A DNA stretch of 64,000 nucleotides from Actinomycetota bacterium (GTDB lineage Bacteria; Actinomycetota; Acidimicrobiia; Acidimicrobiales; CADCSY01): assembly GCA_016781135.1 (NCBI GenBank), contig JADDQY010000078.1, positions 246-64,245 of the forward strand, read 5' to 3'. A program made the translations under genes and the position numbers. Positions 37,965-47,179 of this stretch are shown here, one piece after another; position 1 is the first letter of the stretch, and every line of letters begins with the position of its first letter. The notes beneath the pieces are model-generated. The model saw only the letters and a list, made by a program, of their open reading frames with translations. It made no database searches and was not told the origin of the DNA.

Positions 37965-38078
37965 CGCTTCCTCCTCCTGATGGCCGCTGGAACGGTTGCT
38001 ACCCGCTTCTTTCCCGCCCACCGAGGACGGACACCTGCCGACCCGGCTTTCCTCCAGGCGACCTGCCAACCGGCGTGG

Positions 38079-38708
38079 TCAGGGGGTGAGGCTGGCCACG
38101 AAGTTGGCCAGCAGGGCCAGCCCGGCCGACCCCGACTTCTCGGGGTGGAACTGGGTCGCCCACAGCGACCCGCGCTCGACCGCCGCCACCACCGGAGCGG
38201 CGTAGTCGCAGGTGGCGACCACGTGCTTCCCCCGCTCCGGGGCGTAGGAGTGGACGAAGTAGACCCACGTCGGCCGGGCCAGCCCCGCCAGCATGGCCGG
38301 CTCCCCCACCACGTCGAGCACGTTCCACTGCATCTGCGGGCGCTTGACCCCCTCGGGGAGGCGCCGGACCGTGCCCGGCAGCACCCCGAGACCGTCGATC
38401 CCGGGGCTCTCCTCGGAGCGGTCGTAGAGCAGCTGCATCCCCACGCAGATGCCGAGGAACGGCACGCCGGCATCGAGGGCGGCCAGGGCCACCTCGTCGA
38501 GCCCCTCGTCGCGCAGCGCCTCCATGCAGCGCCCGAAGGCGCCCACACCGGGCAGCACCACGCCGGCGGCGTCGGCAGCCAGACCGGGATCGGCGGTGAG
38601 GCGGGCGTCGGCGCCCACCCGCACCAGCGCCTTCTGGGCCGACGCCAGGTTGCCGATGCCGTAGTCGAGCACGGCGACGAGGGGCGCCTCGCCCGGGCTC
38701 GGGGTCAC
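38079..38708 (-). CDS. hisH: imidazole glycerol phosphate synthase glutaminase subunit
   Basis: VLDYGIGNL, the nucleophile motif LGICVGMQLL, and FHPEKS. GTGA overlap with hisB. Confidence 0.94.
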   Translation of the reverse strand: MTPSPGEAPLVAVLDYGIGNLASAQKALVRVGADARLTADPGLAADAAGVVLPGVGAFGRCMEALRDEGLDEVALAALDAGVPFLGICVGMQLLYDRSEESPGIDGLGVLPGTVRRLPEGVKRPQMQWNVLDVVGEPAMLAGLARPTWVYFVHSYAPERGKHVVATCDYAAPVVAAVERGSLWATQFHPEKSGSAGLALLANFVASLTP

Positions 38709-39301
38709 AGCGAGCCCTTGGTGGACGGGACCGCCGCTCCCTCCACCCGCACCGCATCCCTCAGGCACCGGGCGACGCCCTTGGCCGTGGCTTCGAGAAT
38801 GTGGTGGGTGTTGCGTCCCGCCCGCATGCGCACGTGGAGGGTGATGCCGGCGTTGGTGGCGAACGACTCCCAGAAGTGCTCCGCCAGCTGCGGGTCGAAG
38901 GGCGGGGTGCCCAGGGCCAACACCTCCCCGATGGGCACGTCGTAGACCACGAACGGACGCCCCGACAGGTCGAGGGCCACCTCGATCAGCGCCTCGTCGA
39001 GGGGGTAGAGGCCGCTGGCGAAGCGCCGGACGCCGGCCTTGTCACCGAGCGCCTCGGCGAACGCCTCCCCGAGGGAGATGCCCACGTCCTCGACGGTGTG
39101 GTGCCCGTCGACGTGGAGGTCCCCTTCGGCGTCGATGGTGAGATCGAAGCCGCCGTGGCGGCCGAGCTGGGCCAGGAGGTGGTCGAAGAACGGCAACCCG
39201 GTTCGGACTGCCACCTCCCCGTCGCCGGAGGGGTCGAGCGCGACAGCAAGCTCGATGCGGGTCTCGCGGGTGGTGCGCGAGCGGGTGGCTCGCCTGGTCA
39301 C
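38705..39301 (-). CDS. hisB: imidazoleglycerol-phosphate dehydratase
   Basis: RTTRETRIEL, FFDHLL, DGHHTVEDVGI and NTHHILEA motifs. GTGA overlap with hisC. Confidence 0.95.
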   Translation of the reverse strand: MTRRATRSRTTRETRIELAVALDPSGDGEVAVRTGLPFFDHLLAQLGRHGGFDLTIDAEGDLHVDGHHTVEDVGISLGEAFAEALGDKAGVRRFASGLYPLDEALIEVALDLSGRPFVVYDVPIGEVLALGTPPFDPQLAEHFWESFATNAGITLHVRMRAGRNTHHILEATAKGVARCLRDAVRVEGAAVPSTKGSL

Positions 39302-40389
39302 GGCAGCGCCTCGGCCAGGGCTCCGAGGAACGCGTCGTCCTCCTCGGCCGTGCCCACCGTGACCCGCAGGCACCCGTCGAGCCCGGGCCACGACGAGCAG
39401 TCCCGCACCAGTACCCCCGCCTCGACCAGGCTCCGCCACAGCGTCGACCCGTCGACGCCGATGGGCCGGAACAGCACGAAGTTGGCGGCCGAGGGCCACT
39501 GCGTCACCGCCAGGGTGTCGAGCCCGGCGACCAGGCGGGCGCGCTCGGTCACCACCGCCGCCACCCGGCGGCGCATGTCGTCCTCGAAGTCCAGGGCCAG
39601 GCGCCCCGCGGCCTGCTTGAAGGCGTCCAGGTGGTAGGGCAGGGTGACGGCGTCGAGGTCGTCGACCACCCAGGTCGGGCCCACCAGGTAGCCGAGGCGA
39701 GCGCCGGCCATCGACCACGTCTTGGAGAAGGTGCGGGTGACGACCAAGGGCCGCTCGTCATCGACCAGCTCGAGCGCCGACCACGGGCTGAACTGGCCGT
39801 AGGCCTCGTCGACCACGACGATGCCCGGCGCCACCCCCACCACTTCGGCCACCACTTCGGGGGCGTCGAGGATCCCCGTGGGGTTGTTGGGCGAGCACAG
39901 GAACGTGAGCGCCGGGGCCACGTCGGCGACGACCTGGCGCACCTCGTCGAGGTCGAGCGACAAGTCGTGGGCGCGCGCTCCGGCGGCCACCGTGGTGCCG
40001 GTGACCGACGGGACGTGGGTGTGCAGGCGGTAGGTGGGCTCGAACACTGCCGCCACCCGGCCCGGCCCCCCGTAGGCCAGCGACAGGGCCTGGATCACCT
40101 CGTTGGACCCGTTGGCCACGTAGATCTGCCCCGGGTCCACCCCGTGGAGGTCGGCGAGGGCTCGGCGCAACCGGCGCGCCTGGCGGTCGGGGTAGCGGTG
40201 CCAGTCCACGGCGGCCAGCTCCTCGGCCAGGGCGTCGAGCCACGCCGGAGGCGGGGGGTACGGCGACTCGTTGGTGTTGAGCCGCACGGCCACGTCCACC
40301 TGGGGCGAGTGGTAGCCCTCCAGGGCGAGCAGGTCGGGGCGACGGCCCGGGCGGCTCACGGTCGCGTCCAGCTCGAGGGGGAGGCTCAC
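39298..40389 (-). CDS. hisC: histidinol-phosphate aminotransferase
   Basis: LNTNESPYPPP, YVANGSNE, SPNNPTG, and the PLP Lys motif RTFSKTWSMAGARLGY. GTGA overlap with hisD. Confidence 0.94.
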   Translation of the reverse strand: MSLPLELDATVSRPGRRPDLLALEGYHSPQVDVAVRLNTNESPYPPPPAWLDALAEELAAVDWHRYPDRQARRLRRALADLHGVDPGQIYVANGSNEVIQALSLAYGGPGRVAAVFEPTYRLHTHVPSVTGTTVAAGARAHDLSLDLDEVRQVVADVAPALTFLCSPNNPTGILDAPEVVAEVVGVAPGIVVVDEAYGQFSPWSALELVDDERPLVVTRTFSKTWSMAGARLGYLVGPTWVVDDLDAVTLPYHLDAFKQAAGRLALDFEDDMRRRVAAVVTERARLVAGLDTLAVTQWPSAANFVLFRPIGVDGSTLWRSLVEAGVLVRDCSSWPGLDGCLRVTVGTAEEDDAFLGALAEALP

Positions 40390-41675
40390 CCGCCGGCCCG
40401 CAGGCGCACCGAGGCAGCGTGGGCGGGCAGGCCCTCGGTCTCGGCCAGCGCGGCCACGTGGGGAGCGGCACCCACCAGCGCGTCGCGGTCGAGGGAGACG
40501 ACGTGGACGTGCTTGACGAAGTCGTCGACCCGAAGGGCGCTGGAGAACCTGGCCGAGCCGAAGGTGGGCAGCACGTGGCTCGGCCCGGCCAGGTAGTCGC
40601 CGACCGAGGCCGGAGCCCACGGGCCCAAGAAGACGGCTCCGGCGTTGCGTACGAGTGGGAGCAGCGCCGCCGGGTCGGCGGTCATGAGCTCGAGGTGCTC
40701 GGGGGCGATGGCGTTGGCCACCGCCATCGCCTGCTCGGGCCCGTCGCAGACCACGGCGTAGCCGCCGTCGCGAAGCGTCGCTTCGACGTGGATGCGCCGA
40801 GGCGAGGCCTCGACCTGAGCGGCCACCTCCTTGGTGACGGCGTCGGCGACGTCGTCGTCCCAGGTCACCAGCCAGGCCAGGCCGTCGGGGCCGTGCTCGG
40901 CCTGGACCACCACGTCGACGGCGGCCCACGCCAGGGGGGCCGAGGCGTCGGCCACCACCACCACCTCGGACGGACCGGCGAAGGCCGAGGGCACGCCCAC
41001 CACGCCGGTCGCCGCCACCTCTCGCTTGGCCTGGGCCACCCGGTTGCTGCCCGGCCCCACGATCACGTCGACCGGGCTGATCGTCTCGGTGCCGTAGGCC
41101 ATGGCCGCCACCGCCTGGGCTCCCCCGATGCGGTAGACCTCGTCGACCCCGGCGATCGCCGCGGCGGCGAGGATCCCCGGCGCCACCGTGCCGTCGGGGC
41201 CGGGCGGCGAGCACAGCACCACCCGGTCCACCCCCGCCACCTTGGCGGGCACCGCCGTCATCAGCACGGTCGACACCAACGGCGCCAGAGCACTCGGCAC
41301 GTAGAGCCCGGCCCGGGCGACGGGACGGCGCAGCTCGGAGATGGCGATGCCGTGGTGCTGGTGGTCGACCTCGGGCGGGATCGTGGCCTGGTGGTAGACG
41401 AGGATGCTGTCGTGGGCGTGCACCAGCGCGTCTCGCAGCGGTGGCTCGATGGCGGCCAGGGCGGCCTCGAGCGCAGCTCGGGGCACCTCCAGCTCGTTGA
41501 TCGCCACGCCGTCGAAGCGCTCGCTGAACCTCCGCAGCGCGGCATCGCCGTGCGCTCGCACCTCGGCGAGGATCGCCTGGACCTCGGCGATCGGCGGCTC
41601 GGTCGCCGCCGGGGGACGGGGCAAGCGTGCCGCCAGGTCGCCGTCGAAGCCGCGCAGGTCCAGCCGCTGGAGCAT
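40386..41675 (-). CDS. hisD: histidinol dehydrogenase
   Basis: 429 aa. GGAQAVAAMAYGT, VVQAEHGPD and PEHLEL motifs. Confidence 0.96.
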   Translation of the reverse strand: MLQRLDLRGFDGDLAARLPRPPAATEPPIAEVQAILAEVRAHGDAALRRFSERFDGVAINELEVPRAALEAALAAIEPPLRDALVHAHDSILVYHQATIPPEVDHQHHGIAISELRRPVARAGLYVPSALAPLVSTVLMTAVPAKVAGVDRVVLCSPPGPDGTVAPGILAAAAIAGVDEVYRIGGAQAVAAMAYGTETISPVDVIVGPGSNRVAQAKREVAATGVVGVPSAFAGPSEVVVVADASAPLAWAAVDVVVQAEHGPDGLAWLVTWDDDVADAVTKEVAAQVEASPRRIHVEATLRDGGYAVVCDGPEQAMAVANAIAPEHLELMTADPAALLPLVRNAGAVFLGPWAPASVGDYLAGPSHVLPTFGSARFSSALRVDDFVKHVHVVSLDRDALVGAAPHVAALAETEGLPAHAASVRLRAGG

Positions 41676-41739
41676 GGGACGGCGAGCCTACCGGGCACCG
41701 GGCTCGGCAACCGGGAGGATTCGCGGCTAGACCGGGTCG

Positions 41740-42009
41740 ATGGACAAGGGTGGCGAGGCTCCAGGAGCACCCGCTCCGGCAACCGGGACCGTCGCTGCCC
41801 AGCTGTCGTCGGTCGCCACCGCCCTGGCCGAGCTGACCTCCCGGCTCAGCACCATCGGCGAGTCGCTGGCCCGGACCGCCAACGACGAGCTGGCCAACGG
41901 CTTGTTCGAGGTGGAGCGCTCGTTGACCACCGCCGGGCGTCGCCTCGACAAGGTGGTCGACGAGCTTGGCGCGATCGAAGGGCCAGGGCCGCAGCGGCGA
42001 CGCTCCTGA
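41740..42009 (+). CDS. hypothetical small helical protein
   Basis: 89-aa ORF with coding-like GC3, divergent from hisD. I recognise no family. Confidence 0.45.
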   Translation: MDKGGEAPGAPAPATGTVAAQLSSVATALAELTSRLSTIGESLARTANDELANGLFEVERSLTTAGRRLDKVVDELGAIEGPGPQRRRS

Positions 42010-42027
42010 GAGCACCGCCGCCGGGAG

Positions 42028-42073
42028 CAGCCGGCACGGCGAACCGGCTGTCGACCATCGGGATCTTCCCGAT
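42028..42073. terminator. two short hairpins between convergent hypothetical genes
   Basis: CAGCCGG-N9-CCGGCTG (42028-42050) and ATCGGGA-TCT-TCCCGAT (42057-42073). Confidence 0.35.
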
Positions 42074-42132
42074 CGGCCCTGCCCCCAGCAGGTATCTCGG
42101 CACGACCGGCTCCGGGGTTGAGCGCGAGCTCG

Positions 42133-42771
42133 TCAGTCGGGAGTGTGCTCGGCCAGCCACGAGGTGACGAGGTCGCGGGCAGGGCCGGAGAACAGGTGGC
42201 CACAGGTGGAGAACAGGTGGTCCGTCGAAATGACGTAACCCTCCTGCAGCATGATCTGCGCCGCCCGCACCGCTCGGTCGGCCTCGACCCGCAGCGGCAC
42301 CCCGAGCTCCGCCTCGAGCGCGGCGACCACCCGAGGGACCAGGGCCTCGGCATCTCGCTGCTCCAGCCCGTCGAGCCACTCCTGCTCCTCCTGCGTCAGC
42401 AGCGGGTAGAACACCCGGGCACGGACCCACGCCGGACCGTACTGAAGGGCGTCGAGCAGCTCGGGACCGAAGTGCGGGGCGTCGACGAGCACCACCGGGC
42501 GCTCGCCGCCGTCGAGCCACAACCGCACCCCGGCAAGGTCGGGAAGCGGCCTCCACGCGTCGCCGTCCCCTTCGAAGGGCTCGTCCAGCGCGGCGGTGGT
42601 GACGATGCTCCACGCATAGGTCCGACCGTCGTCGCCCCGGGCGTGGCCTTCCAGGGAGGTCCACGGCGGGGGCGGCTTGCCGCCCCCGTGCGAGTCGAAC
42701 GATCGATCGGGCGCCGCCACCGAACAGCCGTGGCCGAGCTCCAAGTGACGGATCGACACCAGCCTGCCCAC
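42133..42771 (-). CDS. hypothetical protein
   Basis: 212-aa ORF with good GC3, 42 nt downstream of nth on the same strand. No motif I can assign. Confidence 0.7.
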   Translation of the reverse strand: MGRLVSIRHLELGHGCSVAAPDRSFDSHGGGKPPPPWTSLEGHARGDDGRTYAWSIVTTAALDEPFEGDGDAWRPLPDLAGVRLWLDGGERPVVLVDAPHFGPELLDALQYGPAWVRARVFYPLLTQEEQEWLDGLEQRDAEALVPRVVAALEAELGVPLRVEADRAVRAAQIMLQEGYVISTDHLFSTCGHLFSGPARDLVTSWLAEHTPD

Positions 42772-42813
42772 ACCGGCAGGGTATACCTCGCGAGTCGCCT
42801 CCGACCGTAAAGT

Positions 42814-43473
42814 TTACCGGGCTATGAATGCCGAAGGGCAATAGTCGGCGAGCACGCACTGAGCGCAGCGCGGGCGCCTGGCCACGCACACCGCCCGACC
42901 GTGCAGGATGAGCCGGAGGCTGAGCGCACCCCGCTCACCCGCCGGCACCATCGGATCGAGATCGCGCTCGACCTTGACCGGGTCGGTCTGGGCGGTGAGG
43001 CCGAGGCGCCGAGCCAGGCGCCCGACGTGGGTGTCGACCGCCAGCCCGGGCAGGCCGAGGCCGACGCTGCGGATCACGTTGGCCGTCTTGCGTCCGACCC
43101 CGGGCAGCGCCGTCAGCTCCCCCATCGACGAGGGCACCTCGCCGCCATGGCAGTGGATCAGCGCCGCCGCCATCCCGATCAGGCTCTTCGTCTTCTGACG
43201 GAAGAAGCCGGTGGGATGGATGAGCGCCTCGACGTCGGCGGGATCGGCCTGCGCCAGATCCTCGGGCGTCGGGTAGCGGGCGAACAGGGCGGGCGTGACC
43301 GAGTTCACTCGTTCGTCGGTGGTCTGGGCCGACAGGATGGTGGCCACGAGCAGCTGGAAGGCGTCGTCATGGCGCAGAGCGCACAGCTCCCTCGGGGTGC
43401 CGGGGTACTCCTCGCCGAGCCGGCGCAGCGTCTCGAGGGCCCGCCCCTTGGGACTACGAGGTCGCCCGGCCAC
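42814..43473 (-). CDS. nth: endonuclease III
   Basis: HhH-GPD (LPGVGRKTANV, VDTHV) and the C-terminal 4Fe-4S cluster CVARRPRCAQCVLADYC. Confidence 0.95.
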   Translation of the reverse strand: MAGRPRSPKGRALETLRRLGEEYPGTPRELCALRHDDAFQLLVATILSAQTTDERVNSVTPALFARYPTPEDLAQADPADVEALIHPTGFFRQKTKSLIGMAAALIHCHGGEVPSSMGELTALPGVGRKTANVIRSVGLGLPGLAVDTHVGRLARRLGLTAQTDPVKVERDLDPMVPAGERGALSLRLILHGRAVCVARRPRCAQCVLADYCPSAFIAR

Positions 43474-43534
43474 CGATCGAGCCTAGGTGCCTCCCCCACC
43501 CGGCTCGCCGGGAGGTTCTCGCTAACCTGCGCGC

Positions 43535-44449
43535 TTGCGCACGCTTTCGGTCAAGCGCCAGCTCGACAGCGACGACCTCGCTGCCGTACACGAGCTGCTG
43601 GCCATCGCCGAGCGGGTCGACGGGCACCGGGCGGTCGACGAGCACCGCTGGCTCGACATGGCTCAGGGCGGGCGGACGAGCTTCGCCGGCCTCGTCGCCT
43701 GGCAGGACGGCCACGACCACCCGGTTGGCTACGCCCAGGTGAGTCGCGGGCGCGACAGCTGGGCGCTCGACCTCGTGGTCGACCCCCACCACCGCTCCGA
43801 AGCCCTGTCGATCGGGCCGGAGATGCTGAGAGCGGCCATCGAGGTGATACGATGCCAAGGCGGGGGCCACGTCCACCTCTGGGTCTACCAGCCGAGCGAC
43901 GCCGACGACGAGATCGCCGCCGCCGTCGGGCTGCGGCGGGGCCGAGAGCTGTTGCAGATGCGCCGCCCGCTGCCGCTCGACGACCCGCCACCGGTGCTCG
44001 AGCTGCGGCCGTTCCGGCCCGGCGACGACGAACAGGGGTGGCTCGAGGTCAACAACCGGGCGTTCGCGTCGCACCCCGAACAGGGGGGCTGGGACCTCGA
44101 GACCCTTGCCGCCCAGATGCGCGAGCCCTGGTTCGATCCCGCCGGTTTCCTGCTCCACGAGCGGGAGGGCCGCCTCGCCGGGTTCTGTTGGACCAAGGTC
44201 CACGCCGACCACGATCCCCCCCTCGGGGAGCTGTACGTCGTGGCCGTGGACCCGGACTTCCAAGGCAGCGGCCTCGGTCACCAGCTCGCGCTCGCCGGCC
44301 TCCACTGGCTGCACGACCAACGGGGGCTCACGGCGGCCATGCTCTACGTCGACGCCGCCAACCGGCGGGCGGTCGGCGTGTACGAGGACCTGGGGTTCGT
44401 CGTCAACCACACCGATCGGGCCTACGTCGGCGACGTCGCCCCCAGCTGA
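43535..44449 (+). CDS. mshD: mycothiol synthase (tandem GNAT)
   Basis: 304 aa in two GNAT halves. The second has the acetyl-CoA motif VAVDPDFQGSGLGHQL. Overall pattern matches MshD. Confidence 0.8.
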   Translation: MRTLSVKRQLDSDDLAAVHELLAIAERVDGHRAVDEHRWLDMAQGGRTSFAGLVAWQDGHDHPVGYAQVSRGRDSWALDLVVDPHHRSEALSIGPEMLRAAIEVIRCQGGGHVHLWVYQPSDADDEIAAAVGLRRGRELLQMRRPLPLDDPPPVLELRPFRPGDDEQGWLEVNNRAFASHPEQGGWDLETLAAQMREPWFDPAGFLLHEREGRLAGFCWTKVHADHDPPLGELYVVAVDPDFQGSGLGHQLALAGLHWLHDQRGLTAAMLYVDAANRRAVGVYEDLGFVVNHTDRAYVGDVAPS

Positions 44450-44489
44450 CGCCGGCCGCTCCGCCAGGGTGGCGCCGGGCGTCGGCTGC

Positions 44490-45260
44490 TCACCCCACCC
44501 CGGCGCCGACGAAGGCACCGATGGCGTAGGTGAGGGCAGCGGGCACGACGGTGAAGAGCACCTGGCGGGCGACGGTGCGCAGCGGTCGGCGGCCGGTGAA
44601 GTGCCCGATGGCGCCGCCGACGGCCACGGCGAGGGCCACGGCGAGGACGAGGGAGGCGAGGGTCGCTGCCATTCCCGAGGTGACGAACCACGGCACCAGT
44701 GGCACCAGGGCTCCGAAGGAGAACGAGGCAAACGACGACGCCGCTGCGCCCAGCGGGGAACCGAGCTGCTCCGGGTCGACGCCCAGCTCCTCGCGGGCGT
44801 GGGTCTCGAGGGCGACGTCGGGGTCGCGCATCACCGTCTCGGCCAGGGCTTGGGCCTGCTCGGGGGCCATCCCCCGGGACTCGTAGACCTCGGCCAGCTC
44901 CGCCGTCTCGTACTCCGGATTGCGCCGCAGCTCGGTGCGCTCGAGCTCCAGCTCCCGCTGCAGCAGCTCGGTCTGGACCCGCATGGAGTTGTACTCCCCG
45001 GCCGCCATGGAGATGGCCCCGGCGACGAGGCCGGCCAGTCCGGCCAGGCGTACGACGCCCGGCGCAGGATCGGCCCCGGCGACACCGAGGATGAGGCCCA
45101 CGTTGGAGACCACACCGTCGCTCACCCCGAACACCGCCGCCCGGGCGGCGCCGCCCTGGACGTCGCGGTGGTGGCGCGTGTCGCGGCCACCGGCATCCTT
45201 GCCGCCGACCGGCTCCGCCGGCGCCCGGTTGGCATGTGTCCCGACGTCTGGCTCGGTCAC
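44490..45260 (-). CDS. VIT1/CCC1-family iron/manganese transporter
   Basis: GVSDGVVSN and AMAAGEYNSMRVQTE motifs, a cytoplasmic helical insert, and C-terminal TM helices. GTG start at 45260. Confidence 0.85.
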   Translation of the reverse strand: MTEPDVGTHANRAPAEPVGGKDAGGRDTRHHRDVQGGAARAAVFGVSDGVVSNVGLILGVAGADPAPGVVRLAGLAGLVAGAISMAAGEYNSMRVQTELLQRELELERTELRRNPEYETAELAEVYESRGMAPEQAQALAETVMRDPDVALETHAREELGVDPEQLGSPLGAAASSFASFSFGALVPLVPWFVTSGMAATLASLVLAVALAVAVGGAIGHFTGRRPLRTVARQVLFTVVPAALTYAIGAFVGAGVG

Positions 45261-45401
45261 GGCCCCACCGTACCCAGGGAACCCCGGAGCTGATGGACCG
45301 CCAAAGGGACCGCCGTGCCGGCGCCCCCTTTGTCTCCCGGGCGGCCGATGGGCACCGCCGCGACCAGACGGGGCAGGGAGCCAGGCTCGTAGCCTGGAGC
45401 G

Positions 45402-46586
45402 GTGACCACCCGCTACGACGCCGACCGGAGCGCGGTCGCCGAGCTGCTTGCGGACCAACCCGCCTACCGGGTCGGCCAGGTATGGGACGGCCTGTACCGG
45501 CGCCTGCTCGACCCCGGGGACATGACCGACGTGCCGAACGCCCTTCGCCAGCGTCTCGCCCACGAGCTCCCACCGGCGCTGCAGCCGGGGGTGGAGACGG
45601 TGAGCGACGGCGGCAACACCGTGAAGTGGCTGTGGCGCCTCGCCGACGGCACCGGCGTGGAGACCGTGCTCATGCACTACGGGGACCGCACGACGGTGTG
45701 CGTGTCGTCCCAGGCCGGGTGCGCCATGGGTTGTGCCTTCTGCGCCACCGGGCAGGCGGGCTTCGAGCGCAACCTGAGCATTGGCGAGATCGTCGAGCAG
45801 GTGGTACGGGCGGCTCGGCGGGCCCTACCTCGCCGTCTGTCGAACGTGGTGTTCATGGGCATGGGCGAGCCCTTGGCCAACTTCGAGCGGGTGTGGGCGG
45901 CAATCGGGCGTCTCCATCACGACCTCGGCCTGTCGGCGCGGCACCTCACGGTGTCGACCATCGGCATGGGGCACGGCATCGACCGGCTGGCCGGCGCCGA
46001 CCTGCCCGTCAACCTGGCCGTCTCGCTCCACGCCGCCAACGACGCGCTGCGCGACCGTCTCGTGCCTCTCAACCGCCGGTACCCGCTGGCCGCGCTGAAC
46101 GCGGCCTGCGAGCGCTACGTCGCTGCCACCCGTCGACGGCTCTCGTTCGAGTGGGCCCTCATCGACGCCACCAACGACCGCCCTTCCGATGCCGCCGAGC
46201 TGGCCGAGCTGGCCCGCCCGCTCCGGGCGCACGTCAACCTCATCCCGCTCAACCCCACGCCGGGCTACGCCACGCCCGGCACCCCGCCGGCAGGGGTGGC
46301 GGCGTTCTGCCGCCGGCTCCGCGCCCTCGGGATCACCACGACCGTGCGGCGCAACCGGGGCACCGGCATCGACGCCGCCTGCGGTCAGCTGGCCGCCGGC
46401 CCCCGTCGGGGCGACCAGGGGCGGACCGTGAGGCTCTCCCCCGCGCGGATGGCGTCGACGAGCACCTCGCCGCGGCGCACGACCCCACCGGGCCACACCA
46501 CCGATCGCACCAGCTCGCCCTCCACCACCGCTCCCGGCCCCACCACCGAGGCTCCGCCCGACGCCGTCAGGTTGGCGGCCAGGTAG
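45402..46586 (+). CDS. rlmN: 23S rRNA/tRNA m2A methyltransferase RlmN (radical SAM) with extended 3' tail
   Basis: CVSSQAGCAMGCAFCATG radical-SAM cluster motif and the C-terminal IDAACGQL motif at about 46370-46393. The frame stays open for a further 190 nt or so. Confidence 0.9.
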   Translation: MTTRYDADRSAVAELLADQPAYRVGQVWDGLYRRLLDPGDMTDVPNALRQRLAHELPPALQPGVETVSDGGNTVKWLWRLADGTGVETVLMHYGDRTTVCVSSQAGCAMGCAFCATGQAGFERNLSIGEIVEQVVRAARRALPRRLSNVVFMGMGEPLANFERVWAAIGRLHHDLGLSARHLTVSTIGMGHGIDRLAGADLPVNLAVSLHAANDALRDRLVPLNRRYPLAALNAACERYVAATRRRLSFEWALIDATNDRPSDAAELAELARPLRAHVNLIPLNPTPGYATPGTPPAGVAAFCRRLRALGITTTVRRNRGTGIDAACGQLAAGPRRGDQGRTVRLSPARMASTSTSPRRTTPPGHTTDRTSSPSTTAPGPTTEAPPDAVRLAAR

Positions 46587-47179
46587 TCGCGGGGGGTTCC
46601 GCAGTCGATGACCGAGCCCGGTTCGACGACGACGTCGAGGCTGCCGTCGGCCAGGCGATGACGCCACAGCGCCTCCCACAGCCCTGAGGGCTGCCGGGCC
46701 AAGCCGACCACCTCGCGCCAGGGCAGCAACGAGGCGACGACGGCGCTGTCCGGCCCGAAGCGCGCCGTCGGGCCACCGGCGATGAGCACTCGCACCCGCT
46801 CCCCGTCCCAGCCTTCCACGAGGCGGGCCAGGGCGAGGCGATGCCAGGTGTCGGCGTTGACCACCGCCACCGCTCGTTCGTCGAGCCACGGCCGCAGGTG
46901 GGCAACGGCGCCGGCGGTGCCGAGCTCCTCCGGATCGTCCTCGATCGAGACGTGCACCCGCCTCCCGAGGTGGGCCTCCAGCTGGTCCCGGTGGTGACGG
47001 ACGTTGACCGCCAGTGCGGCCGGCCCGGCGCCGACCACCGAGGCCAGCCGCTCGATGGCCAGGTCGACCAGCGCCACGTTGGCCACCGGGCACAGCGCCT
47101 TGGGACGCACGAGCGTGAGCGGGCGCAGGCGCTTGCCGCTACCGGCGGCCAGCACCAGGCCTGCCAGACTGTCAGCCAT
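46385..47179 (-). CDS. nucleotidyltransferase (NTP_transferase family) with a beta-helix-like C-terminus
   Basis: GLVLAAGSGKRLRPLT nucleotide-binding motif. ATG 47179; an in-frame alternative TTG is at 47200. Confidence 0.85.
   Translation of the reverse strand: MADSLAGLVLAAGSGKRLRPLTLVRPKALCPVANVALVDLAIERLASVVGAGPAALAVNVRHHRDQLEAHLGRRVHVSIEDDPEELGTAGAVAHLRPWLDERAVAVVNADTWHRLALARLVEGWDGERVRVLIAGGPTARFGPDSAVVASLLPWREVVGLARQPSGLWEALWRHRLADGSLDVVVEPGSVIDCGTPRDYLAANLTASGGASVVGPGAVVEGELVRSVVWPGGVVRRGEVLVDAIRAGESLTVRPWSPRRGPAAS

Noticed and set aside
37965-38078. ROSE-like RNA thermometer or HAIR operator in the hsp20 5' region
   Set aside because: The sense-strand leader has no pyrimidine stretch complementary to the AGGAGGAGGAAG Shine-Dalgarno. 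No CTTGAGT-type inverted repeat was seen.
45261-45401. Possible metal (yybP-ykoY type) riboswitch upstream of the VIT1-family transporter
   Set aside because: Only generic hairpins are visible (CAAAGGG/CCCTTTG and CCAGGCT/AGCCTGG). I could not recognise the conserved riboswitch core by eye. A covariance-model scan would be needed.
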